From: Pyruvatibacter sp.
GTDB lineage: Bacteria; Pseudomonadota; Alphaproteobacteria; CGMCC-115125
Assembly: GCF_040219635.1 (NCBI RefSeq)
Contig: NZ_JAVJSC010000003.1
Span: 548,120 to 612,119, forward strand
Length of the DNA: 64,000 nt
Direction: 5' to 3'
A program made the translations under genes and the position numbers. The first letter of the stretch is position 1. Every line of letters begins with the position of its first letter. Shown here in pieces: positions 45,512 through 53,789 of the stretch. Under the pieces are notes generated by a model. That model ran no database searches. It saw nothing but the letters and a program-made list of their open reading frames with translations, and had not been told where the DNA came from.

Positions 45512-46741
45512 ATGTCGTTCAAATCATCAATCACCAAGCGCGTCCGGAAGCGCAAGAACAAAGCCGGTGAGGTCGTGCTGCACACGCGGCATGTCCTCAA
45601 TTACAAACACCCAGCGGACGGGAAACGTCGGCAGGAGTTTTTCGAGCGTCGCGCCGAAGCACAGGATCGCCAATCACAATTGGCGGCGAGTATCGAGATC
45701 GACCCTTTCTTCGATCCGATGAGCGGGCTGACTGTATCCAAGGCCGTCGACCACTGGCTGGAGAACAAACAGAAGCGCGTGAAGGCAAGTAGCTATGCAG
45801 CCTGCCTGGCTGTCGTGGAGCACATCCGGGGGCCGGTGTTGATTGGCACACGGGACGAGCGCGCGCAGTTCAAGAAGACGGGCATCGCGCCCGTCGGCAC
45901 CGACGTGCAGGAGCGCCTCGGCAAGCTCCTGGTGTCGGAGCTGAGAACTGCCCACATCCGCACATGGTTCAACGAAGTCCGAGACACTTCCGGTGCTTAC
46001 ACCGCTCGGCGGGCCAAGTCGTTCTTCGGCAGCGTCCTTGCTTTGTCCGAGGAGGACTTCGGCATCCGCGTTCCTTCCATGCCCACACAGTTGGGCAAGG
46101 GTAATCCCAAGACACGCAAATTGATCCTTGAACCGCAGCAAGTTGCCCAGGTTATCCAAGAGGCCCAAGCCGATAGTGAGCACGGCCTCTACTATGCCTT
46201 CCCGTTCCTTGCCGGCACCCGACCGAGCGAGCAACTGGGGCTGTTGTGGTCCGAAGTGGACTTTGATCAGAACACGATCCGCATCTGCCGTATCCAGGAG
46301 CGGGATGGGACCCTATGCGAGACGACCAAGACGGCCGCAGGGACGCGCGAGGTACCCATGGGCGGTACCCTTAGGGCGATGTTGCTCCAATGGCGCCTCC
46401 GATGCCCAAGGGAGGCCGGGGAGCTATATCGCGTGTTCCCCGGTCCCGGTCGACTGCAGCCGTGGCCACTCCCGCGCCTCGGAGGCGGTCCGCTGCTGTA
46501 TCAGAATTGGCGACGGAGGTACTGGCAGCCCGTGTTCAAGCGGCTGGGTTTGCCATACGTGACGCCCCACTCGGCGAGGCACACCTACATCTCGACGCTA
46601 CAGGCGCAGGGTATTGAGGTCGGACTAGTGGCCAAGATGGCGGGGCACGCCAATCCGACCGTGACTCTGGGCATCTATACCCAAGCAGTGAGGGGCGGGG
46701 AGGACGCTGTCCGGAAGCTCGACGAGGCATATTCGAGGTAG
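45512..46741 (+). CDS. int: tyrosine-type site-specific integrase
   Basis: N-terminal SAM-like/arm-binding region. Catalytic region ...FLAGTRPSE (R) ...HSARHTYIS (HxxR) ...GHANPTVTLGIYTQ (H...Y). Confidence 0.9.
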   Translation: MSFKSSITKRVRKRKNKAGEVVLHTRHVLNYKHPADGKRRQEFFERRAEAQDRQSQLAASIEIDPFFDPMSGLTVSKAVDHWLENKQKRVKASSYAACLAVVEHIRGPVLIGTRDERAQFKKTGIAPVGTDVQERLGKLLVSELRTAHIRTWFNEVRDTSGAYTARRAKSFFGSVLALSEEDFGIRVPSMPTQLGKGNPKTRKLILEPQQVAQVIQEAQADSEHGLYYAFPFLAGTRPSEQLGLLWSEVDFDQNTIRICRIQERDGTLCETTKTAAGTREVPMGGTLRAMLLQWRLRCPREAGELYRVFPGPGRLQPWPLPRLGGGPLLYQNWRRRYWQPVFKRLGLPYVTPHSARHTYISTLQAQGIEVGLVAKMAGHANPTVTLGIYTQAVRGGEDAVRKLDEAYSR

Positions 46742-46873
46742 CCCGGGGCCCATCTCATTTTCGCGGCATAGCAGACCGCCCGCCCCGAGACAGAAGCATT
46801 TGAGGTAAAAACCTCTTTACACCAGAGCTATCCCACCGCTACACTCTCAACAGTAGGAATAGGAGTTCTTGGC

Positions 46874-47407
46874 ATGCGGGATATTTCAATCAGCATCGAT
46901 TTGTTCGCCGAGCTTTGGGCTCTACGAGAGCCACAAGAGCAAAGCGAAAACGACATTATTGGCAGGATATTAAAGGACTATGTTGAGATGAAGAGCCCCC
47001 CTGGCGCCCCGAACGCAGTAGAGGCGCCGGCTGACCTTCAGAATCAGACACGTACGGCACCAAACCGCAAAGTTCGAGCTCCAAAAGAGGGAAATAGCTC
47101 TAAAAGGGCTCGGAAATTGGGTGGTTTAGAACCTGAGCAGCAGGTGGGGAAAATACGCTGGGTGGATGATATTCGTGCCGCGCTGCTTATCCTAGGCGGC
47201 AGCGCGACCCTTCATGAAATTTACAAGGAGGTCCGAGTTCAGAGGCAAGAAGCCAACCGGTCCGTTCCTCGGACATTAGAAGCAACTGTGCGACGAACGT
47301 TAGAGGACCACTCCTCAGACTCTGCTAACTTCCGAGCTGCAGACCTGTTTAAGAAAGTACGTCGTGGCGAATGGGCGCTACGCTCGCCCTCGGCCTCGGA
47401 GGCTTGA
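46874..47407 (+). CDS. hypothetical protein with a C-terminal winged-helix (Mrr_N/HARE-HTH-like) domain and no catalytic domain
   Basis: AGGAG RBS. The C-terminal ...IRWVDDIRAALLILGGSATLHEIYKEVR...TLEATVRRTLEDHS...FKKVRRGEWALR pattern resembles DNA-sensing wHTH modules found at the N-termini of restriction enzymes. Confidence 0.5.
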   Translation: MRDISISIDLFAELWALREPQEQSENDIIGRILKDYVEMKSPPGAPNAVEAPADLQNQTRTAPNRKVRAPKEGNSSKRARKLGGLEPEQQVGKIRWVDDIRAALLILGGSATLHEIYKEVRVQRQEANRSVPRTLEATVRRTLEDHSSDSANFRAADLFKKVRRGEWALRSPSASEA

Positions 47408-47440
47408 TTAGAGCGCAAAGTCGGACCACGGCATGCTTAC

Positions 47441-47511
47441 GCCACTAAACCAAGGCGGTACGGGGAGGCGAGGACGCTGTCCGGAAATTGGATGATGCCT
47501 ATTCGAGTTAA
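47441..47511 (+). pseudogene. 3'-terminal remnant of a second integrase gene
   Basis: Encodes (stop)-TKAVRGGEDAVRKLDDAYSS-stop, versus the YTQAVRGGEDAVRKLDEAYSR-stop of the intact int at 46672-46741. DNA similarity continues for about 30 bp past both stop codons. Confidence 0.8.
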
Positions 47512-47574
47512 CCCGGGAGCACTCTCTTTTTTTTGCAGTGTCGTAGGTCACAGCTCCGCCGCTTCCAAGATGGA

Positions 47575-48336
47575 TCAAGTAGCGGATTCCGTATTGTTCA
47601 GCCGATAACCTTCGACAAACCCCGGGTCGAAATCGCGAGCGACCTCCATTGCCCGTGGCGAGAGGTTTGCCAGGTGCTTGGGATTGATCACCAATAGAAA
47701 GACAACATGCTTAGTCCGATAGGCCCACACATCGACGGCCGCCAGACTTGACGTGAGCCTCTGCCGGCAGCTTTCGATAAAGGCGTCGCGCTTCACGCGA
47801 GGAAAGTGCTGGTAGATCAGCAGCGACTTACCCGCCTGGAAGAATGGAATAGTCTCATCGAGGTAGAGAAACTTAGATGAGTTCTTGCGGCCTCGGGGCA
47901 GTGATCCTTCCATCCCATTGTCTGGATCGAAGAAGACGAGATCGCAGTCGGCAAATTGCTTCTCACAATCGGTCCAGTACGCCAGCCTCCCATTTTTGTC
48001 ATCGGGCAAGACTGAGTTGAAATACTTGGCTTCGGCAATCAGCTTCGCTTGCTCAATGGCCTCCAAGGATCGGTTTGGGTGATCATCGACGACCGTCCTC
48101 AAGTGATCGAACAGCCCTGGATCATGTTGGCGAAATTGCTCTGGTTGGCTGAGGTATTCGAGCATCATTCCATCGGGACCGCGATCATCAGGGGTTAGCA
48201 TCCAGCAGACCCCGATCTTGTGATTGCCCTCCGCCGAAAGCGCTCGCAGCAACGCGTATTTGCGGTAGTCGCTTACATCGGCCACGTATTGTTCTTTCAC
48301 TTCTGCCACCTCTCCAACGAAAGGGGCAGAGTGCAT
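47575..48336 (-). CDS. hypothetical protein (253 aa), unknown family
   Basis: ATG at 48336. Conserved-looking blocks VADVSDYRKYALLRAL, LVFFDPDNGME, KFLYLDE and LLIYQHFPR. Divergent from an XRE gene. No family confidently recognised. Confidence 0.55.
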   Translation of the reverse strand: MHSAPFVGEVAEVKEQYVADVSDYRKYALLRALSAEGNHKIGVCWMLTPDDRGPDGMMLEYLSQPEQFRQHDPGLFDHLRTVVDDHPNRSLEAIEQAKLIAEAKYFNSVLPDDKNGRLAYWTDCEKQFADCDLVFFDPDNGMEGSLPRGRKNSSKFLYLDETIPFFQAGKSLLIYQHFPRVKRDAFIESCRQRLTSSLAAVDVWAYRTKHVVFLLVINPKHLANLSPRAMEVARDFDPGFVEGYRLNNTESAT

Positions 48337-48379
48337 CAATACCCGATTTTGGGGTACTCTAAATTCGGGTGCCTTTTAT

Positions 48380-48640
48380 GTGCCGTTCCAACAACGGCAC
48401 AGCACCTTGTCTTCAATACGCTCTGATCTCTATTGGCGCATAATCGAGTTGATGATTCAGGCACGCAAAGATGCCGGAATCACGCAGGCGGAACTCGGCC
48501 AACGGATTGGCCAGCGCCAGACCTTCATTTCAAAGGTTGAACTCGGTGAACGGCGGATAGATGTCGCGGAGTTCGTGGAACTCTGCAGCGCTCTTGAGAT
48601 CGACTACGCGTCGCTCTTGAAGAATGCAGCAAATAGATAG
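48380..48640 (+). CDS. XRE-family helix-turn-helix regulator
   Basis: ...ARKDAGITQAELGQRIGQRQTFISKVELGERRIDVAEFVELCSAL. GTG start at 48380 (start uncertain). Confidence 0.75.
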   Translation: MPFQQRHSTLSSIRSDLYWRIIELMIQARKDAGITQAELGQRIGQRQTFISKVELGERRIDVAEFVELCSALEIDYASLLKNAANR

Positions 48641-48736
48641 TTGCGCTGCCGTTCAGCTTGAGCCGTGCATTAAGCGAACTAGGCCCCCTTATGGAGCGGG
48701 CAGCTCCACACCAGTCATCAAGCAAACTGAAACACA

Positions 48737-50098
48737 TCACAATTTGTCGAAGACCGATCCCATGCGCGGGCTAAACAGCCGCTCATAGGTCTTCAAGAGG
48801 TAGGAGTCCGTCATGCCGGCTACATAGTCACAGACCGATCTGTGGATGTGACCTACGTCTTTGCAATTCTCGTAGACGTCAGTCGGCAAAAACTTTCCTG
48901 GCTCCGCCAGCATCACTTCAAAGACCGCGATCGCCATCGTCTGACCCTTGAACTCAAGATGTTGAACGCTTGGGCTTAAGATAACGGCTTCGTAGACAAA
49001 GTCTTTGAGAGCTCTCACGAAACGATACGCAGCGTCGGGCATCGAAGCACGAAACTTCAAACGGGGCTCTTCGAACTCAGGCTCTTCTCTAATCTGCACG
49101 CTTGGGATGACGTAGTTCAGAATACGATTGATTTGGTGCTTTCGTTCTCCGCCTTCGGCGAACAATCTGTCTACAAGTCCTCCGTATATGTCATTGCCGT
49201 ATTCGTCCTTATAGTCGCTGAGATAGTCGAGCATGCCTTGGCATTTTTCAGACGTGACAGACTTTTCAAATTGCTCGCGCGTCACGAGACGAAGCGCCAA
49301 GACATCTTCGAGATCGTGGATGCCGTAGCTGATGTCATCTGCCAAATCCATGATGCTGCAAGCGAATGATTTGTGCTGGGCAGAATGGTGCTTATTGCTC
49401 TTGGAATCGAAGCTTTGCAGCAGGTCTCTGTCAGACTGAGAGAGAGGCTCAAGCAACCAATCAACAACATCCTGCTCGCAATCAAGGTAGCATTTGGGCG
49501 GCTTCGATGCGTTCCGGTCCAGAATAGCCGTGCCGCTTGTGTTTGACAGCATGGCCGGAAAAAACGCCGGACTACGCGCCTTGCTGAATGGGACTGGATA
49601 CTTCAGTACACCGAGGAGTGTCTCCCGCGCGAGATTTGATCCAGATTTTGCAGAGAATTTCTCTAGTTTCGACAGTATGCGAAGTGTCTGACCATTGCCT
49701 TCAAAGCCGCCATGGTCCCGCATACAATAGTTGAGCGCGACCTCACCACCATGTCCAAATGGGGGGTGGCCCAGGTCATGCGTGCATGCAATGGCTTGCA
49801 TCATTGAGCGCTCGGGAATGAACTGCACCGCCGCATGCTCTGGAAAAGTGTGAGGTAACTGTTTCGCGAGGCCCCCGGCGATCTGTGCCACCTCAAGCGA
49901 ATGGGTCAAACGTGTACGATAAAAATCGCTATCGCCGAGGTTGAGGATTTGGGTTTTGCCCTGTAGACGCCGGAATGAAGCTGAGTGGACAACGCGCGCA
50001 TAGTCCACATCACCAGGAGACCTCGCATCAAAGGGCTTTTGAACGTATTCCTCCATACGATCATGCCAGATCGATTGCGTACCTTTGATATCAGTCAT
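48737..50098 (-). CDS. dgt: dGTP triphosphohydrolase-family HD phosphohydrolase (Dgt-like)
   Basis: YRTRLTHSLEVAQIAGGLA and THDLGHPPFGHGGE (HD motif), C-terminal ...DYVAGMTDSY. AAGGAG lies 8 nt before the ATG. Confidence 0.85.
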   Translation of the reverse strand: MTDIKGTQSIWHDRMEEYVQKPFDARSPGDVDYARVVHSASFRRLQGKTQILNLGDSDFYRTRLTHSLEVAQIAGGLAKQLPHTFPEHAAVQFIPERSMMQAIACTHDLGHPPFGHGGEVALNYCMRDHGGFEGNGQTLRILSKLEKFSAKSGSNLARETLLGVLKYPVPFSKARSPAFFPAMLSNTSGTAILDRNASKPPKCYLDCEQDVVDWLLEPLSQSDRDLLQSFDSKSNKHHSAQHKSFACSIMDLADDISYGIHDLEDVLALRLVTREQFEKSVTSEKCQGMLDYLSDYKDEYGNDIYGGLVDRLFAEGGERKHQINRILNYVIPSVQIREEPEFEEPRLKFRASMPDAAYRFVRALKDFVYEAVILSPSVQHLEFKGQTMAIAVFEVMLAEPGKFLPTDVYENCKDVGHIHRSVCDYVAGMTDSYLLKTYERLFSPRMGSVFDKL

Positions 50099-50186
50099 GC
50101 CGCCATCTCCTTAACATCATCGCGTTCGTCCGTGCGTTTGCGAGAGAATGCCCCTGATGACTATTTCGATTAGTCCTGAGGTGGGG

Positions 50187-50450
50187 TCATCCTTTTGGTT
50201 TACGCCCACCTTTCAGAGGCGCGGGCGGCTTCTCACCCGGCTTAGGCCGCACAAAGAACTCTACGATATCGACTTCAAGCGCATTCGCTAGCCGGTCAAG
50301 GATCACCACAGTCGGGTTCTCCATGCCCCTTTCCATGCGGCTGACATAGGTCCGGTCTACCTCAGCCTCAGCGGCTAAGGCATCCTGGGACAATTCACTC
50401 ACGACCCGCAATCGGCGCAAGTTGTGCGCCACAACACGTTGGATTTCCAT
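50187..50450 (-). CDS. XRE-family helix-turn-helix regulator upstream of dgt
   Basis: ...NLRRLRVVSELSQDALAAEAEVDRTYVSRMERGMENPTVVILDRLANAL. Same strand as, and 88 nt upstream of, the dGTPase gene. Confidence 0.8.
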   Translation of the reverse strand: MEIQRVVAHNLRRLRVVSELSQDALAAEAEVDRTYVSRMERGMENPTVVILDRLANALEVDIVEFFVRPKPGEKPPAPLKGGRKPKG

Positions 50451-50486
50451 CCAACGAAGGCAACATCTTGTGCGCGATTAAACCAC

Positions 50487-50523
50487 GGATTATAATCCCA
50501 GTGTTTATTATACCAATTATAAT
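50487..50523. promoter_or_regulatory. paired palindromic ATTATAAT boxes (candidate XRE operator / divergent promoter)
   Basis: GGATTATAATCC (50487-50498, a perfect 12-bp palindrome) and ATTATAAT (50516-50523). Both lie in the 76-bp gap between the XRE ATG (50450) and the divergent ORF at 50527. Confidence 0.5.
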
Positions 50524-50526
50524 GGG

Positions 50527-50886
50527 ATGTTTTGGATGTCGATTTTAGTTTGCGACCGCTTGCGCGGCGCGAGAGTTCTAGCCGGAACCACCGTGGCAAT
50601 CATTCTGTTGAGTAGTTCTTTGGCGCTAGCCGGTAAGGCGTCGCGAGTTCAGGAAGGGTACGTCGGGTGCATCAACGACGATGCGCTCGATGAGTTTATC
50701 GGGGCAGCTATCGACAAGAACCAGCGCCAGATGGATAGCCTGAGCGCGTCTGGGCAATGCTTTTATGTTGGGGGGCTGGAATTCGACTATGTTGACGCTG
50801 GGTTCATGACCAGCGAGATCCGCGTCTATGTGCCAGGCGGAGGGTCGCTGGTTCTGTTCATCCCGACCGAGGGAACACGAGAGTAA
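50527..50886 (+). CDS. small exported hypothetical protein
   Basis: 119 aa with signal-like ...VAIILLSSSLALAGKA. No family recognised. Confidence 0.45.
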   Translation: MFWMSILVCDRLRGARVLAGTTVAIILLSSSLALAGKASRVQEGYVGCINDDALDEFIGAAIDKNQRQMDSLSASGQCFYVGGLEFDYVDAGFMTSEIRVYVPGGGSLVLFIPTEGTRE

Positions 50887-51008
50887 ATCGCGACACGAAC
50901 AAGCAGGGGAAATCGAGCATGGACCGTGCGATCACTACGTGCGCGCATTATGAATTGCAGTATAATCGTAGAGTTGACGCGCTTTGACCTTCCGAGCCAT
51001 ACGCAAAG

Positions 51009-52499
51009 ATGTTGACGAAAATCAAAAATCCCAAACATTCAGGCCCCATGCCAACAATAACTGCTCTTGCTGACAGGGTGCGGCGCGATGTGTCTCCTCG
51101 GTTGGATGGCAAAACGCGGGAAGAACTTGGCCAGTTCCTGACCCCGGAGTCGATTGCCCGCGACATGGCGACAATGTTTGGTCAACTGCCGCAGGATGTT
51201 GTCTTGCTGGACGCTGGGGCTGGCGTGGGCTCCTTAACAGCCGCGTTCGTATCGGAGGCCCTCTCTAGAGATGAGCCACCGCGCTCAATCACCGTCACTA
51301 GTTTCGAGGTTGACGAGGGGCTAGCCCAGCTTCTTGCGGAAACGCTAGAGCGTTGTCGCGAGGCCTGTGAGGGAGCCGGGGTTCGCTTCGCATCTAAAGT
51401 AGTCTGTGATGACTATATTCTGTATTCGGCTGAACCGCTTCTCACAATGGTCGACAGTTTTAACTGCGCCATCCTCAACCCGCCTTACGCAAAGCTCAAC
51501 AGCGCCTCACGCTGGCGGCAAGCCCTACGCTCGCAAGGCATAGAGACAGTCAACCTCTATTCGGCCTTTGTCTCACTCGCCGTCAACCAGCTAGAACCCA
51601 GCGGCGAGCTTGTCGCCATCACACCACGCTCATTCTGCAACGGGCCGTACTACCAACCCTTCCGCCGCCACGTGTTAGATTCATCCAGCATTGAACGCCT
51701 TTATCTCTTCGAATCACGAAAGACGGCCTTCAAAGACGACGCCGTCCTGCAGGAGAACGTCATCTTTCACCTTCGCAAAGGCAAACCGCAATCCAAACTA
51801 GTCCACCTTGAAACAGATGGCGGCGATACTCGAGAGGTCCCATTTGAGGAGATTGTTCTACCGGATGACGAACACCACTTCATCCGACTGACCATCTCGA
51901 AAGAAGACGCTGAGCTGGCCGAGCGGGTACAGGCGCTGCCTTCCACACTGGTCGACCTCGGCTTGAATGTATCAACCGGCCGCATTGTCGATTTCAGAGC
52001 AAAGGAAGCCCTACGCAAGACGCACGGAAATGATACCGCTCCCCTGATCTACCCAGCTCATCTTCGGGACGGAGGTGTTCGCTGGCCTATCCCAGACTTC
52101 AAGAAGTACAACGCGATCGAAGTTACCGAGCGCATAGAGCGTGAGCTCGTTCCGCCGGGCCGTTACCTCCTCGCCAAGAGGTTTTCCTCAAAGGAAGAGA
52201 AGCGGCGGCTAGTCGTATCCGTGTATGATGCCGTGGCCCCGGCCGCGTTCGACAATAAGCTGAACTTTTTCCATTGCGACGGCAAAGGACTCCCAGATGA
52301 GCTCGCTCTCGGGCTCGCTGCCTTTCTAAATTCGACTGCCGTGGATGACTACTTCCGGCTTTTCTCCGGCCATACGCAGGTCAACGCCACAGACCTGCGG
52401 AACCTCCACTATCCTGCGCGAGACGTTCTCGAGGCCCTTGGCCGGGCAGACCTGGGCGGGCAGGAGAAAATTGATGCGGCAGTAGAGGCGCTCTTTTAG
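51009..52499 (+). CDS. N6-adenine DNA methyltransferase (Eco57I/PstI-BsuBI-type, gamma class)
   Basis: FLTPESIARDM, motif I LLDAGAGVGSL, motif IV ILNPPYAKL, and a TaqI_C-like target-recognition C-terminus. Confidence 0.85.
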   Translation: MLTKIKNPKHSGPMPTITALADRVRRDVSPRLDGKTREELGQFLTPESIARDMATMFGQLPQDVVLLDAGAGVGSLTAAFVSEALSRDEPPRSITVTSFEVDEGLAQLLAETLERCREACEGAGVRFASKVVCDDYILYSAEPLLTMVDSFNCAILNPPYAKLNSASRWRQALRSQGIETVNLYSAFVSLAVNQLEPSGELVAITPRSFCNGPYYQPFRRHVLDSSSIERLYLFESRKTAFKDDAVLQENVIFHLRKGKPQSKLVHLETDGGDTREVPFEEIVLPDDEHHFIRLTISKEDAELAERVQALPSTLVDLGLNVSTGRIVDFRAKEALRKTHGNDTAPLIYPAHLRDGGVRWPIPDFKKYNAIEVTERIERELVPPGRYLLAKRFSSKEEKRRLVVSVYDAVAPAAFDNKLNFFHCDGKGLPDELALGLAAFLNSTAVDDYFRLFSGHTQVNATDLRNLHYPARDVLEALGRADLGGQEKIDAAVEALF

Positions 52500-53497
52500 C
52501 CAGACAGCAGCAATTGCTTCGCCGGGTCATCCCGAATCCAGATGTAAGTATTAACCGCGACATTGCGCTGGGCTCCTTGCCGAGCGGCTGCCTCTTTCCA
52601 CGTACGGTATGCCGTAGTGAAGCCCACGCCAGCCTTGCCACACCGATGGGCGAAGGCCTGCATCCCTTTGACTTTATGCGCGTCCACTTCCCCGTCGCTG
52701 GTCACAGCCTCTATCACCCACAGCCAATCTGTTTCCGGGTGCCTGAGGAGAACGTCGGGCATCGGGTCGGCAAGCGTGAGAACCGCGCCAGCGGCCTCCA
52801 TCTTGGCGCGTTCCTCGGGACTGATTCGGTCCCCATCGCTGTCGTCCACATAAAGAACCTCGTACCCCGCGAGAAAGCGCGGGGCATAATACTCGACACA
52901 ATCATTGATAAGCGCAGCGTGCCCAGTGTCTGAGGCCGCCTTCGCCGCCGCTGCCATCTTAGCTTGGAATGCCAACCGCTCCCGGGCCATCTCGGAAGCG
53001 GCCCATGCATCGAGGCTCTCCTGCCACTCCCCATCCGGCGCTGTTAGTATCTCCCGGAAGGCCGCCTCAAGCCTGTAGGAGGAGTTGGGGCTCTTCGCTT
53101 TGGTGTGGCCCGGGACGAATTCACCGCGGTCGAGCGTGACGGCCTCGATGCCCCCCAGATCACGGAGCGGTTTGATCCAGTAATCCCGGCCCTCCCGATC
53201 TAGCTTTCCGGCACCACGCTGTAGGATGCCGATATGACAGGCAAGGTGCGCTGTCGACGCGCCGTCGGATAGCGTTGAACCCTTTGGAGCCTTTGAGAAC
53301 CAGCTAAGAGTCTCGTCGTCTAAAAGTGCAAAGACGGCATCAATGAGATCATTATTACCTTGGAGATCAAGATGCCTGAGAACCCGCCGAATCTTATCCT
53401 TGGTAACCCCTTGGTATTGATCTGACACAGCCCGACCGTACTCTGCTACCCGCCTTTCCCTTAGACCCTGCACTTTCCCATCCAGCGCCATACCCAT
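52496..53497 (-). CDS. BsuBI/PstI-family type II restriction endonuclease
   Basis: C-terminal block ...PDVLLRHPETDWLWVIEAVTSDGEVDAHKVKGMQAFAHRCGKAGVGFTTAYRTWKEAA matches my recollection of the BsuBI_PstI_RE core (..liEAVtS.G.v...R...l...). The start is likely the ATG at 53497 or 53491 (the track ORF reaches 53677). The 3' end overlaps the methylase stop by 4 nt. Confidence 0.6.
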   Translation of the reverse strand: MGMALDGKVQGLRERRVAEYGRAVSDQYQGVTKDKIRRVLRHLDLQGNNDLIDAVFALLDDETLSWFSKAPKGSTLSDGASTAHLACHIGILQRGAGKLDREGRDYWIKPLRDLGGIEAVTLDRGEFVPGHTKAKSPNSSYRLEAAFREILTAPDGEWQESLDAWAASEMARERLAFQAKMAAAAKAASDTGHAALINDCVEYYAPRFLAGYEVLYVDDSDGDRISPEERAKMEAAGAVLTLADPMPDVLLRHPETDWLWVIEAVTSDGEVDAHKVKGMQAFAHRCGKAGVGFTTAYRTWKEAAARQGAQRNVAVNTYIWIRDDPAKQLLLSG

Positions 53498-53789
53498 CTC
53501 CGCATAAAGCGTTGAAAATTGAATCGATGCCACAAAGACACGGGTCAAGCCAGCTCTATCGATTTCCTGACAATCTCCGCGACCGACCACAAACGCCCAT
53601 CTGCGGGGCATTAATATGGCGCCATATCCAGCAGCTCGCCACACCCCTTTGCGAAAGCGTTTTCTGACAGGCTTCAAAAGGGGCGCTATAGATGTCAGCT
53701 GAGATAATAGTGCCGGGCACCAGCTCTACAGCACATCCGGCCCGCCTCAACGACCATAGATTTTTCAGGCCAGACGAAGGATCACAGCA

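Noticed and set aside
50527-50886. Possibility that the 119-aa exported protein is a partner of the XRE-dGTPase module or of the R-M system.
   Set aside because: It is transcribed divergently from the XRE gene, is separated by about 120 bp from the methylase, and has no recognisable domain. It is kept as a hypothetical CDS only.
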